A stretch of 64,000 bases of DNA from Mobula hypostoma (taxonomy: Eukaryota): positions 252,032,001 through 252,096,000 of the forward strand of contig NC_086097.1 of the NCBI RefSeq assembly GCF_963921235.1, given 5' to 3'. A model generated the notes under the pieces. That model worked only from the letters and a program-made list of their open reading frames with translations, ran no database searches and was not told the origin of the DNA. Position 1 is the stretch's first letter. Each line of letters starts with the position of its first letter. Both the position numbers and the translations under genes were made by a program. This document shows positions 1 to 12,468 of this stretch, in pieces.

Positions 1-955
1 AATTCTTTGAAGGATTAATAAGCAAGATAGACAAAGGAGAATCGGTTGATGTTGTGTACTTGGATTTTCAGAAGGCCTTTGACAAGGTGGCACACGTGAG
101 GCTGCTTTAACAAGCTACGATCCCATAGTATTACAGGAAAGATCCTAGCATGGATAAAGCAGTGACTGATTGTCAGGAGGCAAAGAGTGGGAATAAAGGA
201 AGCATTTTCTGACTAGCTGCCAGTGACTAGTCGTGTTCCACAGGGGTCTGTGTTGGGACCAATTCTTTTTACATTGTATGTCAATGATTTGGATGATGGA
301 ATTGATGGCTTTGTTGCAATTTTATTCAAAAATACGAAGATAGGTGGAGGGGCAGGTAGTTTTGAGGAAGTAGAGAGACTACAGAGGGACTTAGACAGAT
401 TAGGAGAATGGGCAAAGAAATGGCAGATGGCATACAGTGTCAAGAAGTGTATGGACATGCACTTCAGTAGAAGAAATGAAATGGTATTTATTCCAGGTTT
501 GAATGCCTTGTCAGATGAAAAGCGTTTGGTGGCTCTGGGTCTGTATTCACTAGAATTCTGAAGAATAAATGGTGAACTCATTGAAACCTATCGAATGGTG
601 AAAGGACTAGATAGAGTGGATCTAGAGGGGATGTTTCCTATGGTAGGAGTGTCTAAGACCACCAGAGGACTCAGCTTCACAAATAGAGGGGTGTCCTTTG
701 AGAACCGAGATGAGGAGGAATTTCTTGAGCATAGAGTGGTGAGTCTGAGGAATTCTTTGCTACAAGCAGCTGTGGAGACCGGGTTTTCATGTATATTTAA
801 GGCAGAGGTTGATAATTTCTTGATTGGTCAGGGCAGGTAGAGATATGGGGATTGGGACTGAGAGGGAAATTGAATCAGCCATGATGAAATGGTGGAGCAG
901 ACTCGAGGGGCCAAATGGTCTAATTGTGCTCCTTTGTCTTATGGTCTTGTGGTCT
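1..955 (+). mobile_element. Degraded CR1 LINE fragment (RT to 3' UTR), cut by the window edge
   Basis: VPQGSVLGP..YVNDLD and LGLYSLEF CR1 ORF2 motifs with stops and deletions; ends in a (TCTTATGG)n-like tail. Confidence 0.85.
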
Positions 956-1652
956 AAATGTACTCAGGGCTGCATGTTACAATGTTATATGACTATCTTT
1001 GCACAAATACCAATTGAATTGATTGCCTGTTTAATGGCTTCCCAAGGTGAAACCAACGCTCAATGGAGTCTGACTATGCTGGCAAGGGCATATGCAAACA
1101 GTTTCTATGTCTAGTACCACTTCTCTCCTGCCTGTCCATTTCCAAAGTAATAAAGTGGTTCTTTAATTCGCAGGTGAAATTGTGTTCAAATCATTCCAGC
1201 CCACATAATACAGATAATGTTTCCTGATTCATCAATGGCGGTATATACAATATGCAATTTGGAGCACATTGCAGCAGCGTTACCTGTACAAAGATCAATT
1301 AACCTATGTTTAACAAAAGTTCCATTAGCAATCCCCAGGCCTGAGGGTGCCAAATTTAGGGGAATTATGTACAGATTACTTGAAGGTTTAAGATTATAAG
1401 GCATAGGAGCAGAAAGAGACCATTCAGCCCATTGTCTGCCATTCCATCGTGGCTGATTTATCATCCCTCTGAAACCCATTCTCCTTCTTTCTACCTGTAA
1501 CCTTTGACACTCTTGCTAATCAAAAACCTATCAACCTCCATTGTAAATATACTCAATGACTTGGCCTCCATAGCTGTCTGTGGCAATGAATTTCACAGAC
1601 TCACCACCCTCTGGCAAAAGAAACTCTTTCTCTTCTCTGTTCTGATGCAATA

Positions 1653-2067
1653 TGAAAAGTGGCCCTTTTTAATGCTTGCCCTGGATTTGTCGGCCTGCCA
1701 CTTTTACTTTTCTCCTTTGTACTTTTTGCTTCTACGCTCACTTTACACCCCTCTATCTCTCTGCACTGGTTCCCATCCCTCTGTTGTGAACTAACCTCCT
1801 CACACCTAGCCTCTTTAATTTGATTCCCACCCCCCAACCATTCTAGTTTAGGGGCTACTGAGGTGACTTTAAACTAGAATGGTTGGGGGGTGGGAATCAA
1901 ATTAAAGAGGCTAGGTGTGAGGAGGTTAGTTCACAACAGAGGGATGGGAACCAGTGCAGAGAGACAGAGGGGTGTAAAGTGAGCGTAGAAGCAAAAAGTA
2001 CAAAGGAGAAAAGTAAAAGTGGCAGGCCGACAAATCCAGGGCAAGCATTAAAAAGGGCCACTTTTCA
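1653..2067. repeat. 198-bp inverted repeat with 19-nt spacer at the 5' end of a CR1
   Basis: 1653-1850 is the reverse complement of 1870-2067 (one mismatch seen); ORFs 1601..1837(-) and 1883..(+) share their N-terminus. Confidence 0.95.
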
Positions 2068-4756
2068 ACATAATTGTACAAGGGCTAAGAGAGTTGTAAA
2101 AGAGCGCCTGAAGGCTTTATGTGTCAATGCAAGGAGCATTCGTAATAAGGTGGATGAATTGAAAGTGCAGATTGTTATTAATGATTATGATATAGTTGGG
2201 ATCACAGAGACGTGGCTCCAGGGTGACCAGGGATGGGAGCTCAACGTTCAGGGATATTCAATATTCAGGAGGGATAGACATGAAGGAAGGGGAGGTGGGG
2301 TGGCGTTGCTGGTTAAAGAAGAGATTAACGCAATAGAAAGGAAGGACATAAGCCGGGAAGATGTGGAATCGATATGGGTAGAGCTGCGTAACACTAAGGG
2401 GCAGAAGACACTGGTGGGAGTTGTGTACAGGCCACCTAACAGTAGTAGTGAGGTCAGAGATGGTATTAAACAGGAAATTAGAAATGTGTGCAATAAAGGA
2501 ACAGCAGTTATATTGGGTGACTTCAATCTACATGTAGACTGGGTGAACCAAATTGGTAAAGGTGCTGAGGAAGAGGATTTCTTGGAATGTATGCGGGATG
2601 GTTTTTTGAACCAACATGTCGAGGAACCAACTAGAGAGCAGGCTATTCTGGACTGGGTTTTGAGCAATGAGGAAGGGTTAATTAGCGATCTTGTCGTGAG
2701 AGGCCCCTTGGGTAAGAGTGACCATAATATGGTGGAATTCTTCATTAATATGGAGAGTGACATAGTTAATTCAGAAACAAAGGTTCTGAACTTAAAGAAG
2801 GGGAACTTTGAAGGTATGAGACGTGAATTAGCTAAGATAGACTGGCAAATGATACTTAAAGGATTGACGGTGGATATGCAATGGGAAGCATTTATAGGTT
2901 GCATGGATGAACTACAACAATTGTTCATCCCAGTTTGGCAAAAGAATAAATCAAGGAAGGTAGTGCACCCGTGGCTGACAAGAGAAATTAGGGATAGTAT
3001 CAATTCCAAAGAAGTAGCATACAAATTAGCCAGAGAAAGTGGCTCACCTGAGGACTGGGAGGAATTCAGAGTTCAGCAGAGGAGGACAAAGGCTTAATTA
3101 GGAAGGGGAAAAAAGATTATGAGAGAAAACTGGCAGAGAACATAAAAACGGACTGTAAAAGCTTTTATAGATATGTAAAAAGGAAAAGACTGGTAAAGAC
3201 AAATGTAGGTCCCCTGCAGACAGAAACAGGTGAATTGATTATGGGGAGCAAGGACATGGCAGACTCGTTAGATTCTGGACTAGTTCCTGAGGATTGGAGG
3301 GTGGCTAATGTAACCCCAATTTTTAAAAAAGGAGGGAGAGAGAAACCGGGGAATTATAGACCGGTTAGCCTAACGTCGGTGGTGGGGAAACTGCTGGAAT
3401 CAGTTATCAAGGATGTGATAACAGCACATTTGGAAAGCGGAGAAATGATCGGACAAAGTCAGCATGGATTTGTGAAAGGAAAATCATGTCTGACGAATCT
3501 CATAGAATTTTTTGAGGATGTAACTAGTAGAGTGGATAGGGGAGAACCAGTGGATGTGGTATATTTGGATTTTCAAAAGGCTTTTGACAAGGTCCCACAT
3601 AGGAGATTAGTGTGCAAACTTAAAGCACACGGTATTGGGGGTAAGGTATTGGTGTGGGTGGAGAATTGGTTAGCAGACAGGAAGCAAAGAGTGGGAATAA
3701 ACGGGACCTTTTCAGAATGGCAGGCGGTGACTAGTGGGGTACCGCAAGGCTCAGTGCTGGGACCCCAGTTGTTTACAATATATATTAATGACTTGGATGA
3801 GGGAATTAAATGCAGCATCTCCAAGTTTGCGGATGACACGAAGCTTGGCGGCAGTGTTAGCAGTGAGGAGGATGCTAAGAGGATGCAGGGTGACTTGGAT
3901 AGGTTGGGTGAGTGGGCAAACTCATGGCAGATGCAATTTAATGTGGATAAATGTGAAGTTATCCACTTTGGTGGCAAAAATAGGAAAACAGATTATTTTC
4001 TGAATGGTGGCCGATTAGGAAAAGGGGAGGTGCAACGAGACCTGGGTGTCATTATACACCAGTCATTGAAAGTGGGCATGCAGATACAGCAGGCGGTGAA
4101 AAAGGCGAATGGTATGCTGGCATTTATAGCGAGAGGATTCGAGTACAGGAGCAGGGAGGTACTACTGCAGTTGTACAAGGCCTTGGTGAGACCACACCTG
4201 GAGTATTGTGTGCAGTTTTGGTCCCCTAATCTGAGGAAAGACATCTTTGCCATAGAGGGAGTACAAAGAAGGTTCACTAGATTGATTCCTGGGATGGCAG
4301 GACTTTCATATGAAGAAAGACTGGATGAACTGGGCTTGTACTCGTTGGAATTTAGAAGATTGAGGGGGGATCTGATTGAAACGTATAAGATCCTAAAGGG
4401 ATTGGACAGGCTAGATGCAGGAAGATTGTTCCCGATGTTGGGGAAATCCAGAACAAGGGATCACAGTTTGAGGATAGAGGGGAAGCCTTTTAGAACCGAG
4501 ATTAGGAAAAACTTCTTCACACAGAGAGTGGTGAATCTGTGGAATTCTCTGCCACAGCAAACTGTTGAGGCCAGTTCATTGGCTATGTTTAAGAGGGAGT
4601 TAGATATGGCCCTTGTGGCTACAGGGGTCAGGGGGTATGGAGGGAAGGCTGGGGCGGGGTTCTGAGTTGGATGATCAGCCATGATCATAATAAATGGCGG
4701 TGCAGGCTCGAAGGGCCGAATGGCCTACTCCTGCACCTATTTTCTATGTTTCTATG
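1851..4756 (+). mobile_element. Young CR1 LINE (subfamily A): ORF1 tail, APE endonuclease, RT and 3' UTR; disrupted
   Basis: APE motifs NARS, GITETW, VYRPP, GDFN, SDH; RT motifs VPQGSVLGP, FADD; (TTTCTATG)2 tail; frameshift near 3090 and an in-frame 249-nt deletion at ~3264. Confidence 0.95.
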
Positions 4757-5336
4757 ATATCCTTCTATTGTGAGGCTGGGTCTTCTGGTCCTAGACTCCC
4801 CCACTACTGGAAACATCCTCTCCACATCCACTCTATCCAGGCCTTTAGTATTCAATAGGTTTCAATGAAACATCCTCCCCACCCCCATTCTAAATTACAG
4901 CGAGCTATCAAACACTCCTCATATCATTAATCCTTTCATTTCCAGGATCATTCTCATGAACCTCCTCTAGTCCCTCTCTTATTACCAGACTCTCCTCAAA
5001 ACCCTCTCCTACTCTCCTACTCCAGCTGTTCTTAGATAAGGGCCCACAACTGCTCACAATATTAAGATTATAAACATCCATAAAATTGTTCTTTATATGA
5101 GCAGTGGAGGCCAGGTCATTTGGTGTATGTAAAGCTGAGGTTGATAGGTTCTTGATTAGTCAGGGTGTGAAAGGTTACAGAAAGAGGGCAGGAGTAGACT
5201 CGATGGGCTGAATGGCCTAATTCTTCTCCTCTGACTAATGGTCTTTATGATTATATTGTTATAAATGTCAAAGAATTTGTTGCAATATATTTTGCTCTAT
5301 GTAATAGAGGATTTTTTTTACTTTCTGGTTTTTTAG

Positions 5337-5440
5337 CAACCAATCAGTTTTCTGCAGCCCTACACTTCTACCTTCAAGCTGGTGCCATTTGTTCAGACTT
5401 CTTCAATAAATGTGTCCCTTCCGACGTATACACAGACATG
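5337..5440 (+). CDS. INTS8: INTS8 coding exon: (A)TNQFSAALHFYLQAGAICSDFFNKCVPSDVYTDM
   Basis: Polypyrimidine tract + ttttAG acceptor, GTAAGA donor; peptide recognised from the vertebrate INTS8 C-terminal region. Confidence 0.92.
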
Positions 5441-5569
5441 GTAAGAGCAGAGAACGTATGACTGTATAGGTCCTTCGGCCCACAATGTTGTGCCGACCGT
5501 TTGATCTAATCCAAGGTCACTCTCACTCTTCCCTCCTACATAGTCTTCATTTTTCATCCATGTGCCAGG

Positions 5570-6115
5570 AACATCAGTTTTGAACAGAGAGGAGGAGAGA
5601 TTTCTTTCACCAGAGGCTGGAGAGTCTGTGCAATTCGTTACCACAGATGACTGTGAAGATTAAGTCACTGAGTATATTTAAAGCAGAGGTTGATAGGTTC
5701 TTGACTAGTCAAGGCGTCAAAGATTATGGGGGTGGCAAGGTAACTTGATGGTTAGCACAACATTTTACAGTACCTGCGACCCGCTTTCAATTCCCGCCAC
5801 TGCCGGTAAGGGATTGTATGTTCTCCCCATGAAGTGGGTTTCCTCCAGGTGCTCTGGTTCCCTGTCACAGTCCAAAGACGTACCAGTTGGCAGGTTAATT
5901 GCTCATTGTAAATTGTCCGGTGATTAGGCCAGGATTAAGTGTGGGGATTGCTGGGCAGTGTGGCTCGAAGGGCTTATTCCACACTGTATCTCAGTAAATA
6001 AATAAAGGCAGGAGTATGGGTTTGAGAGGGAAAATGCATCAGCCATGATGAAATGGTGGAGCAGACACGATGGGTTGAACGGTCTAATTCTGCTCTGATG
6101 TTTTATGGTCTTAAA
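5570..6115 (+). mobile_element. Old CR1 3' fragment interrupted by a SINE
   Basis: CR1 3' end sequence (gaggttgataggttcttg) stops at ~5730 and resumes at ~6006. Confidence 0.65.
5728..6006 (+). mobile_element. tRNA-derived V-SINE (HE1-like)
   Basis: tRNA-like head (tggttagc / ttcaattcc), V-domain-like core gtgggtttcctccaggtgctctggttccctgtcacagtccaaagacgt, (TAAA)n tail. Confidence 0.75.
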
Positions 6116-6392
6116 TATTCCTAATCTCTCCGTCTCTAACTCCACTCCTGGCACCCACCATTACGTCTCTGTGTAAAAGAAAAAATACCTGCCCCTGACA
6201 TCCCCCCTCCCCCATACTTCCCTCCAATCACCTTATACCACTTCATATTATCCATTTAGAGTTTATTATTTGTATTATCCCGTGTAGAGTTTTCTATTTT
6301 GTTATGTTTGTTCCACAGTTACGGGTCAGTTGTTACTTTAATCCTCTGTCCTTGATCATCTACACTGTTACAACAGACCCGCCCACCCGGGG

Positions 6393-6630
6393 GCCGCATG
6401 CTCATGTAGTGGTTGGCGTAACACTATTACAGCAGCAGCGAGCTGGGTTCAGTTCCACCACTGTCTGAAAGGAGTTTCTGCATTCTCCCCATCATCGTGT
6501 GAGTTTCCTCCCACATTCCAAAGGCACACCGGTTAAGGCTAATAGGTTAATTGGTCACATGTTTGTAATTGGGCGGTGACAGCTCATTGGGCCGGAAGGA
6601 GCTGTTACTGTACTGTATCGCCAAATAAAG
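6393..6630 (+). mobile_element. tRNA-derived V-SINE-like element
   Basis: tagtggtt / gggttcagttcc boxes, tttcctcccacattccaaag core, ctgtatc..aaataaa end. Confidence 0.65.
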
Positions 6631-6770
6631 TATATTTACTCTGAACTATGTGACTTTTTAAAGAGGCACTTATAGAAAATGGTGGAAATCTTGAACAGAT
6701 TGATCTTTATGAACAGTAATATGTGTGATATATTTGGTTTATCTATGTTTTCTGTAGCGGTGTAGCTTCT

Positions 6771-7498
6771 TTAATGGTAAGACTCTTGGCAGTGTGGAGG
6801 ATCAGAGGGATCTTGGGGTCCGAGTCCATAGGATGCTTAAAGCTGCTACAAAGGTTGACTTTGTGGCTAAGAAGGCATACGGTGCATTGGCCTTCATCAA
6901 CCGTGGGATTAAGTTTGAGAGCCGAGAGGTAATGTTGCAGCTATATAGGACCCTGGTCAGACCCCACTTGGAGTACTGTGCTCAGTTCTGGTCGCCTCAC
7001 TACAGGAAGGGCGTGGAAACCATAGAAAGGGTGCAGAGGAGATTTACAAGGATGTTGCCTGGATTAGGGAGCATGCATTATGAGAGGTTGAGTGAACTCG
7101 GCTTTTACTCCTTGGAGTGACGGAGGATGAGAGGTGACTTGATAGAGGTGTATAAGATGATGAGAGGCATTGATCGTGTGGATAGTCAGAGGCTTTTCCC
7201 CAGGGCTGAAATGGCTAGCACGAGAGGGCATAGTTTTAAGGTGCTTGCAAGTTGGTACAGAGGAGATGTCATGGATAAGCTTTTTATACAGAGAGTAGTA
7301 AGTGCATGGAATGGGCTGCCGGCGGTGGTGGTGGAGGGGAAACAACAGGGTCTTTTAAGAGACTCCTGGATGGCTATGTGGAGCTTAGAAAAAGAGAGGG
7401 CTATGGGTAAAGCCTAGGTAGTTCTAAGGTAGGGACATGTTTGGCACAGCTTTGTGGGCCGAAGGGCCTGTATTGTGCTGTAGGTGTTCTATGTTTCT
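6771..7498 (+). mobile_element. 5'-truncated CR1 (ORF2 C-terminus and 3' UTR)
   Basis: LYRTLVRPHLEYCAQFWSP and MRGDLIEVYK motifs; ttctatgtttct tail. Confidence 0.9.
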
Positions 7499-8002
7499 CA
7501 ACAAAACTCACCCTAACTGTCCCTGCACAGCATTTGTTAAATGGTCTTTCCTCCTCTCCATGTTCTGTTGGTAATTATTGAGTCTGTTCATATGTTCACA
7601 TTTATTTAAGTTTGATCATTGATGTTTGTACATGTGACTGGTCTGCTAACTGTTGATTGCTCCTTTCTGTTGCACCATTGTCGTGTAAACTGTTGGTAGT
7701 TATTGTGTTGTTGTCATGGTATTGTCCCATGTTTTATCCTTGGCACCGAACCACAATCAGTTCTGGTATTGTTCACATAAATTGATTCTGATTCGGATCT
7801 GATTTATTGGACTGCAAGAACCTGGTCCTCTGCTGTATCTGTAAAAACAATCAAAATAAATTCAAAAAAACAAAAAAAAAACAAATTCAGTATGATCCAG
7901 AGGAACAGTGTTGCATCTTTCACTGAAGCTTTTCACAGCTTTGTATTTCTGATAATAAGTTCAACAGCTTCTGAACGTGAACAAAACCTTTGGTTTTTTT
8001 GA

Positions 8003-8100
8003 ATCTGGATGAAGGGTCTTGGTCTGAAATGTCAACTGTTTATTCGTCTCCACTGATCCTCCCTTTCCTGCTGAGTTCCTCCAGCATTTTGTGTTTATTG
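8003..8100 (+). mobile_element. Degraded Penelope-like terminal fragment
   Basis: gatgaagggtcttggtctgaaatgtcaactgttt...ctgctgagttcctccagcattttgtg, homologous to copies at 12487, 18860, 22525 and 25120. Confidence 0.65.
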
Positions 8101-8159
8101 CACCTTCACTTTTTCATTGTTTTAACGAGCAACTTTAGTTAATAGTTGGCATTTGTTAT

Positions 8160-8440
8160 ATTTAGAGCTACAGCACAGACAGGCCCTTGCATCCCAGCGA
8201 GCCACAACACCCAGCAACCCACCCATTTAACCAAAGCCTAATCACAGGACAATTTACAATGACCAATTAACCTACCAACCAATACGTCTTTGGACTGTGG
8301 GAGGAAACTGGAGCGCTCGGAGGAAACCCACGCGGTCGCCGGGAGAATGAACAAACTCCTTACTGATGGCATCAGAATTGAACTCCCAAATCCGACACCC
8401 CAAACTGTAATAGCCTTGTGCTCACCACTACTCTACGGTC
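8160..8440 (-). mobile_element. tRNA-derived V-SINE (HE1-like)
   Basis: Reverse complement of the V-domain core (tctttggactgtgggaggaaactggagcgctcggaggaaaccca). Confidence 0.75.
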
Positions 8441-8499
8441 TTAGATGACTGTTGCCCCTTCCCTTGTCCTACTGCCAACCCCCTTTGCCTTCAATGCTC

Positions 8500-9065
8500 C
8501 CTTTCAGTCAAGGATCGACTTCATTTGCCGTATACGTTTATATATATATATATTAGGAATTTGCTGTGCTGCGTTGGTCAGGGTGCGACTGCAACAAAAA
8601 ACAACATTCAACTATTATACAGAATAAAGAATTATATGAAAGTAAAATTAGAAAGTAAAATACGGGTATGGAATAAAATGTACATAAATACCAGCATGTA
8701 TTCACACGAAGTGGTTTAAAGTGTTTACAGTGCAGTGCCAGGGGTAATAGATAGAGGGGCTGGGCGAGGATCAAACTGGAATGGTTGATCCGATTAACTG
8801 ACAGGGGAAGAAACTTTTAAGATGGGATGGTTTTAGTTTTAATAGCCCTGTAGTGCTTGAGTGGGTAGTGTCTGTAATGATTTTTCCTGCCCGCTTCTTT
8901 GTCCTGGACATATACAGGCCCCGCAGTGATGGTAGACTGCAGACAATGACCGTTTCCACTGACCTGACAGTTCTGTGTAGTTTTCATATATTGTGAGAGG
9001 ATGCTGCACCAAACCAGACAGTAATAGCTCAAACCTACCACTTTTGCTTTTCTGGGTCCTCTCCA
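8500..9065 (-). mobile_element. Rex1/Babar-like non-LTR 3' fragment
   Basis: Minus-strand peptide IVCSLPSLRGLYMSRTKKRAGKIITDTTH...KSFFP resembles the C-terminal region of Rex1/Babar ORFs. Confidence 0.6.
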
Positions 9066-9066
9066 T

Positions 9067-11515
9067 AATAAGATAAGATATTGAAACACAATTAAGCCAT
9101 ATGGCTCATCAAGTCTGCTCCAACATTTCAACATGGCTGACCCATTTTCCTCTCAGCCCCAATCTCCAGCTTTCCCCCCATATCCCTTCATGTCATATAA
9201 CAATTACAGCACGGAAACAGGTCATTTCAGTCCTTCTAGTCCGTGCCGAACTCTTACTCTCACCTAGTCCCACCAACCTGCACTCAGCCCATAACCCTCC
9301 ATTCCTTTCCTGTCCATATATCTATCCAATTTAACTTTAAATGACAACATTGAACCTGCCTCAACCACTTCTGCTGGAAGCTCATTCCACACAGCTACCA
9401 CTCTCTGAGTAAAGAAGTTCCCCCTCATGTTACCCCTAAACTTTTGCCCCTTAACTGTCAACTCATGTCCTCTCGTTTGAATCTCCCACATTCTCAATGG
9501 AAAAAGCCTATCCACGTCAACTCTATCTATCCCTCTCATAATTTTAAATACCTCTATCAAGTCCCCCCTCAACCTTCTACGTTCCAAAGAATAAAGACCC
9601 AACTTGTTCAACCTTTCTCTGTAACTTAGGTGATGAAACCCAGGTAACATTCTCATAAATCTGCTCTGTACTCTCTCTATTTTGTTGACATCTTTCCTAT
9701 AATTCAATGACCAAAACTGTACACAATATTCCAAATTTGGTATCACCAATGCCTTGTACAATTTCAACATTACATCCCAACCCCTCAGTGCTCTGATTTA
9801 TAAAGGCCAGCATACCAAAAGCTTTCTTCACTACCCTATCCACATGAGATTCCACCTTCAGGGAACTATGCACCATTATTCCTAGATCTCTCTGTTCTAC
9901 AGCATTCTTCAATGCCCTACCATTTACCATGTATGTCCTATTTTGATCAGTCCTACCAAAATGTAGCACCTCACATTTATCAGCATTAAACTCCATCTGC
10001 TATCTTTCAGCCCACTCTTCTAAGTGGTCTAAATCTCTCTGCAAGCTTTGAAAACCTACTTCGTTATCCATTATTTGATGTCCTGACCGATCAAAAATCT
10101 ATCAACCTCTGCCTTAAATAAACATACAGATTTGGCCTCCACTGCTACCTCTGGCAATGAATTCCACAGATTCACCACTCTGGCAAAAAAAATTCCTTCT
10201 CATCTCCATTCTAAAAGGCCGACCCTCTATTCTGAGGCCACTCCTCTGGTCTTCGATTCTCCCTCCATAGGAAACATCCTTACCACATCTTTTCATCATA
10301 TAATAGGATTCAATGACGTCACCCCTAATTCTTCTGAATTCCAGTGAATACAGGCCCAGAGCCATCTAATACTCAACCTGGAATCGTTTTAATGAACCAC
10401 CTTTGAACTGTCTTCACTTTCCACACAACCTTTCTAAGATAAGGGGCCTAAAACTGCTCACAGTATTCCAAGTGAAGCCTCACCAGTGTTTTATAAAGTT
10501 TCAGCATTACATCCTTGGTTTTATATTCTAGTCCTCTTGAAAGAAATGCTAACATTACATTTACCTTCCTCATCACAGACTCAACCTGCAAATTAACATT
10601 TAGGAAATCGTGCACAAGGACTCCCAAATCCCTTTGCACCTCATATTTTAGTATTTTCTCTACACTTAGAAAATAGTCAACCCTTTCATTTCTTTTACCA
10701 AAGTGCATGACCATACACTTCCTAACACTGTATTCCATCTGCCACTTCTTTGCCCATTCTCCTAATCTGTCTTGTCTTTCTGCATCCTCTTTACTTCCTC
10801 AAAACTACCTGCCCCTCCACCTATCTTCATATTTTTGAATAAAGTTGCAACAAAGCCATCTATTCTGTCATCCAAATCATTGACATACAATGTAAAATCA
10901 GCCACTGCTTTATCCATGCTAGAATCTTTCCTGTAATACCATGGGCTGATAACTTGTTAAGTAGCCAGCCTCATGTGTGGCATCTTGTCAAAAGCCACCT
11001 GAAAATGCAAGTGCACAGCATCAACCAGTTTTCCTTTGCCTATTATAGTTATTCTTCAACGAATTCCAGCAGATTTGTCAGGGAAGATTTTCCCTTGAGG
11101 AAACCATGTTGACTATGGCCTATTTTATCATTTGCCTCCAAGAACCCCGAAACCACATCCTTAACAATCGACTCCAACATCTTCCCAACCACTGAGGTCA
11201 GACTAACTGGCCTATAATTTCCTTTCTTCTTACTTTCTCCCTTCTTGAACAGTGGAGTGACATTTGCAGTCCAGTCTTTCAGAAACATTCCAGAATCTAG
11301 TGATTCTTGAAAGATTATTACTAACACCTCCTCGATCTCTTCAGCCATCTCTTTCAGAACTCTGGGCTGTACACCATCTGGTCCAGGTGATTTACAGACC
11401 TTTCAGTTTTCCAAGAACCTTCTCTCTGGTTACGGTAATTTCACATACTTTATGAACCCTGACACCTAGAACTTCCACCATACTGCTAGTGTCTTCCACA
11501 GTGAAGACTGATGCA
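9067..11515 (-). mobile_element. Old degraded CR1 (9067-9193 and 10078-11515) with a nested younger CR1
   Basis: Fragmented ORFs with GNYRPVSLTSVVGK, MEYSVRKC and LGLYSLEF motifs; atgtc occurs at both sides of the insert. Confidence 0.8.
9194..10070 (-). mobile_element. 5'-truncated CR1 (subfamily C)
   Basis: ORFs 9264..9770 and 9697..9996 are nearly identical to the C-terminus of ORF 22964..25048. Confidence 0.9.
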
Positions 11516-11774
11516 TCTCCAGCCATACATCATGGAAATGGGCACTTCAGCCCACTCACTACGCTGACCAACAGGCACCCTCCTGATCCCAGATTATTCT
11601 CCCCATGTTCTCATCAATTGTTGCCAGGTTCAATGCCATTGTCGGACTCCCTGAGACACCAGGGATAACTTACAGTGGCCAGTTCACCCACTAACTCACT
11701 GCTCTTCATCATATGGGGGAAGACTCGACAGACTTTAAAAGTTCTGCATTTCAGGTTCTCGAAAGAAGATGATT

Positions 11775-12215
11775 AAGGCAGCGCAGTGGTATAGTGGTAG
11801 TGTGATGCTTGACAGCATCAGTGACCTGGGCTCAAATTCCACTGCTGTCTCTGAAGAGCTTGTACCTTTTCCCCATGACTATGTGAGTTTCCTCTGGGTG
11901 CTCCAATTTCTAACGACGTGCGGGTTAGTGGGTTACGTGGGTGTAATTGGCCAGCATGGGGCTGTGGAGCAAAAGTTCAAACTCTGGTTTGTATTTCAAC
12001 CATACATGAACACAGCCAAAAGAAACAATGTCACTGCAGGGCCAAGGTGCAAAACACAGTACCAACAGTCACACATAGTTACGACAGAAGAAAAACACAC
12101 GGTCACAAAATAATATAGCCCAAGTCCCTGAGTGACAAGAGCTGCAGGTTAATGGTACATGGGATGTTGTCCTGGTCCAGCTTGTTGCCGTGTCTTATCT
12201 CTAAATAAATAAATA
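11775..12215 (+). mobile_element. V-SINE-like element with an internal insertion
   Basis: tRNA-like head, gagtttcctctgggtgctccaatttc core, tatctctaaataaataaataaa tail; unrelated sequence at ~11975-12180. Confidence 0.55.
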
Positions 12216-12399
12216 AAATCAGCCTTAAGTGTTAACTCACCACACGCTTTACCTGACCACTGAGAATTTCCAGTGTTCCTGCTTTTCAGATTTCCACCAT
12301 TCACGTAAAACAAAATGAATTGAAAAAGGAACCAATAAGGCAGGAAGTTTAATGAACTGTACGTTATCTAATTATTGTCACGTTTATTTTTTGTTAAAG

Positions 12400-12450
12400 G
12401 TGCTGAAGAGAATGATCAAATGTTGTTCAATGTTAAATTGCCACACACAA
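12400..12450 (+). CDS. INTS8: INTS8 coding exon: VLKRMIKCCSMLNCHTQ
   Basis: ttttttgttaaAG acceptor, GTAAGT donor, 51 nt, phase 0-0, continues the frame of the previous exon. Confidence 0.92.
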
Positions 12451-12468
12451 GTAAGTAAAAAATACTCA

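Larger units (their letters stand above)
1389..5060 (-). mobile_element. Old CR1 3' fragment split in two (about 1389-1647 and 4757-5060) by a younger CR1
   Basis: Reverse-strand CR1 3' UTR/ORF2 end stops at ~1647 and resumes at 4757 (atccttctattgtgaggctgg). Confidence 0.7.

Noticed and set aside
1160..1230. Possible exon after ttcgcAG at 1173
   Set aside because: The frame closes quickly (VKLCSNHSSPHNTDNVS*), I recognise no INTS8 similarity and see no convincing donor.
2248..4688. Recurrent antisense and alternate-frame ORFs (MPPKWIT..., MNLLCTP..., MGYRKAQ...)
   Set aside because: They recur only because the CR1 copies are nearly identical; they are shadows of ORF2.
5728..6470. tRNA genes
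   Set aside because: The tRNA-like boxes are degenerate SINE heads followed by SINE core and tail sequence.
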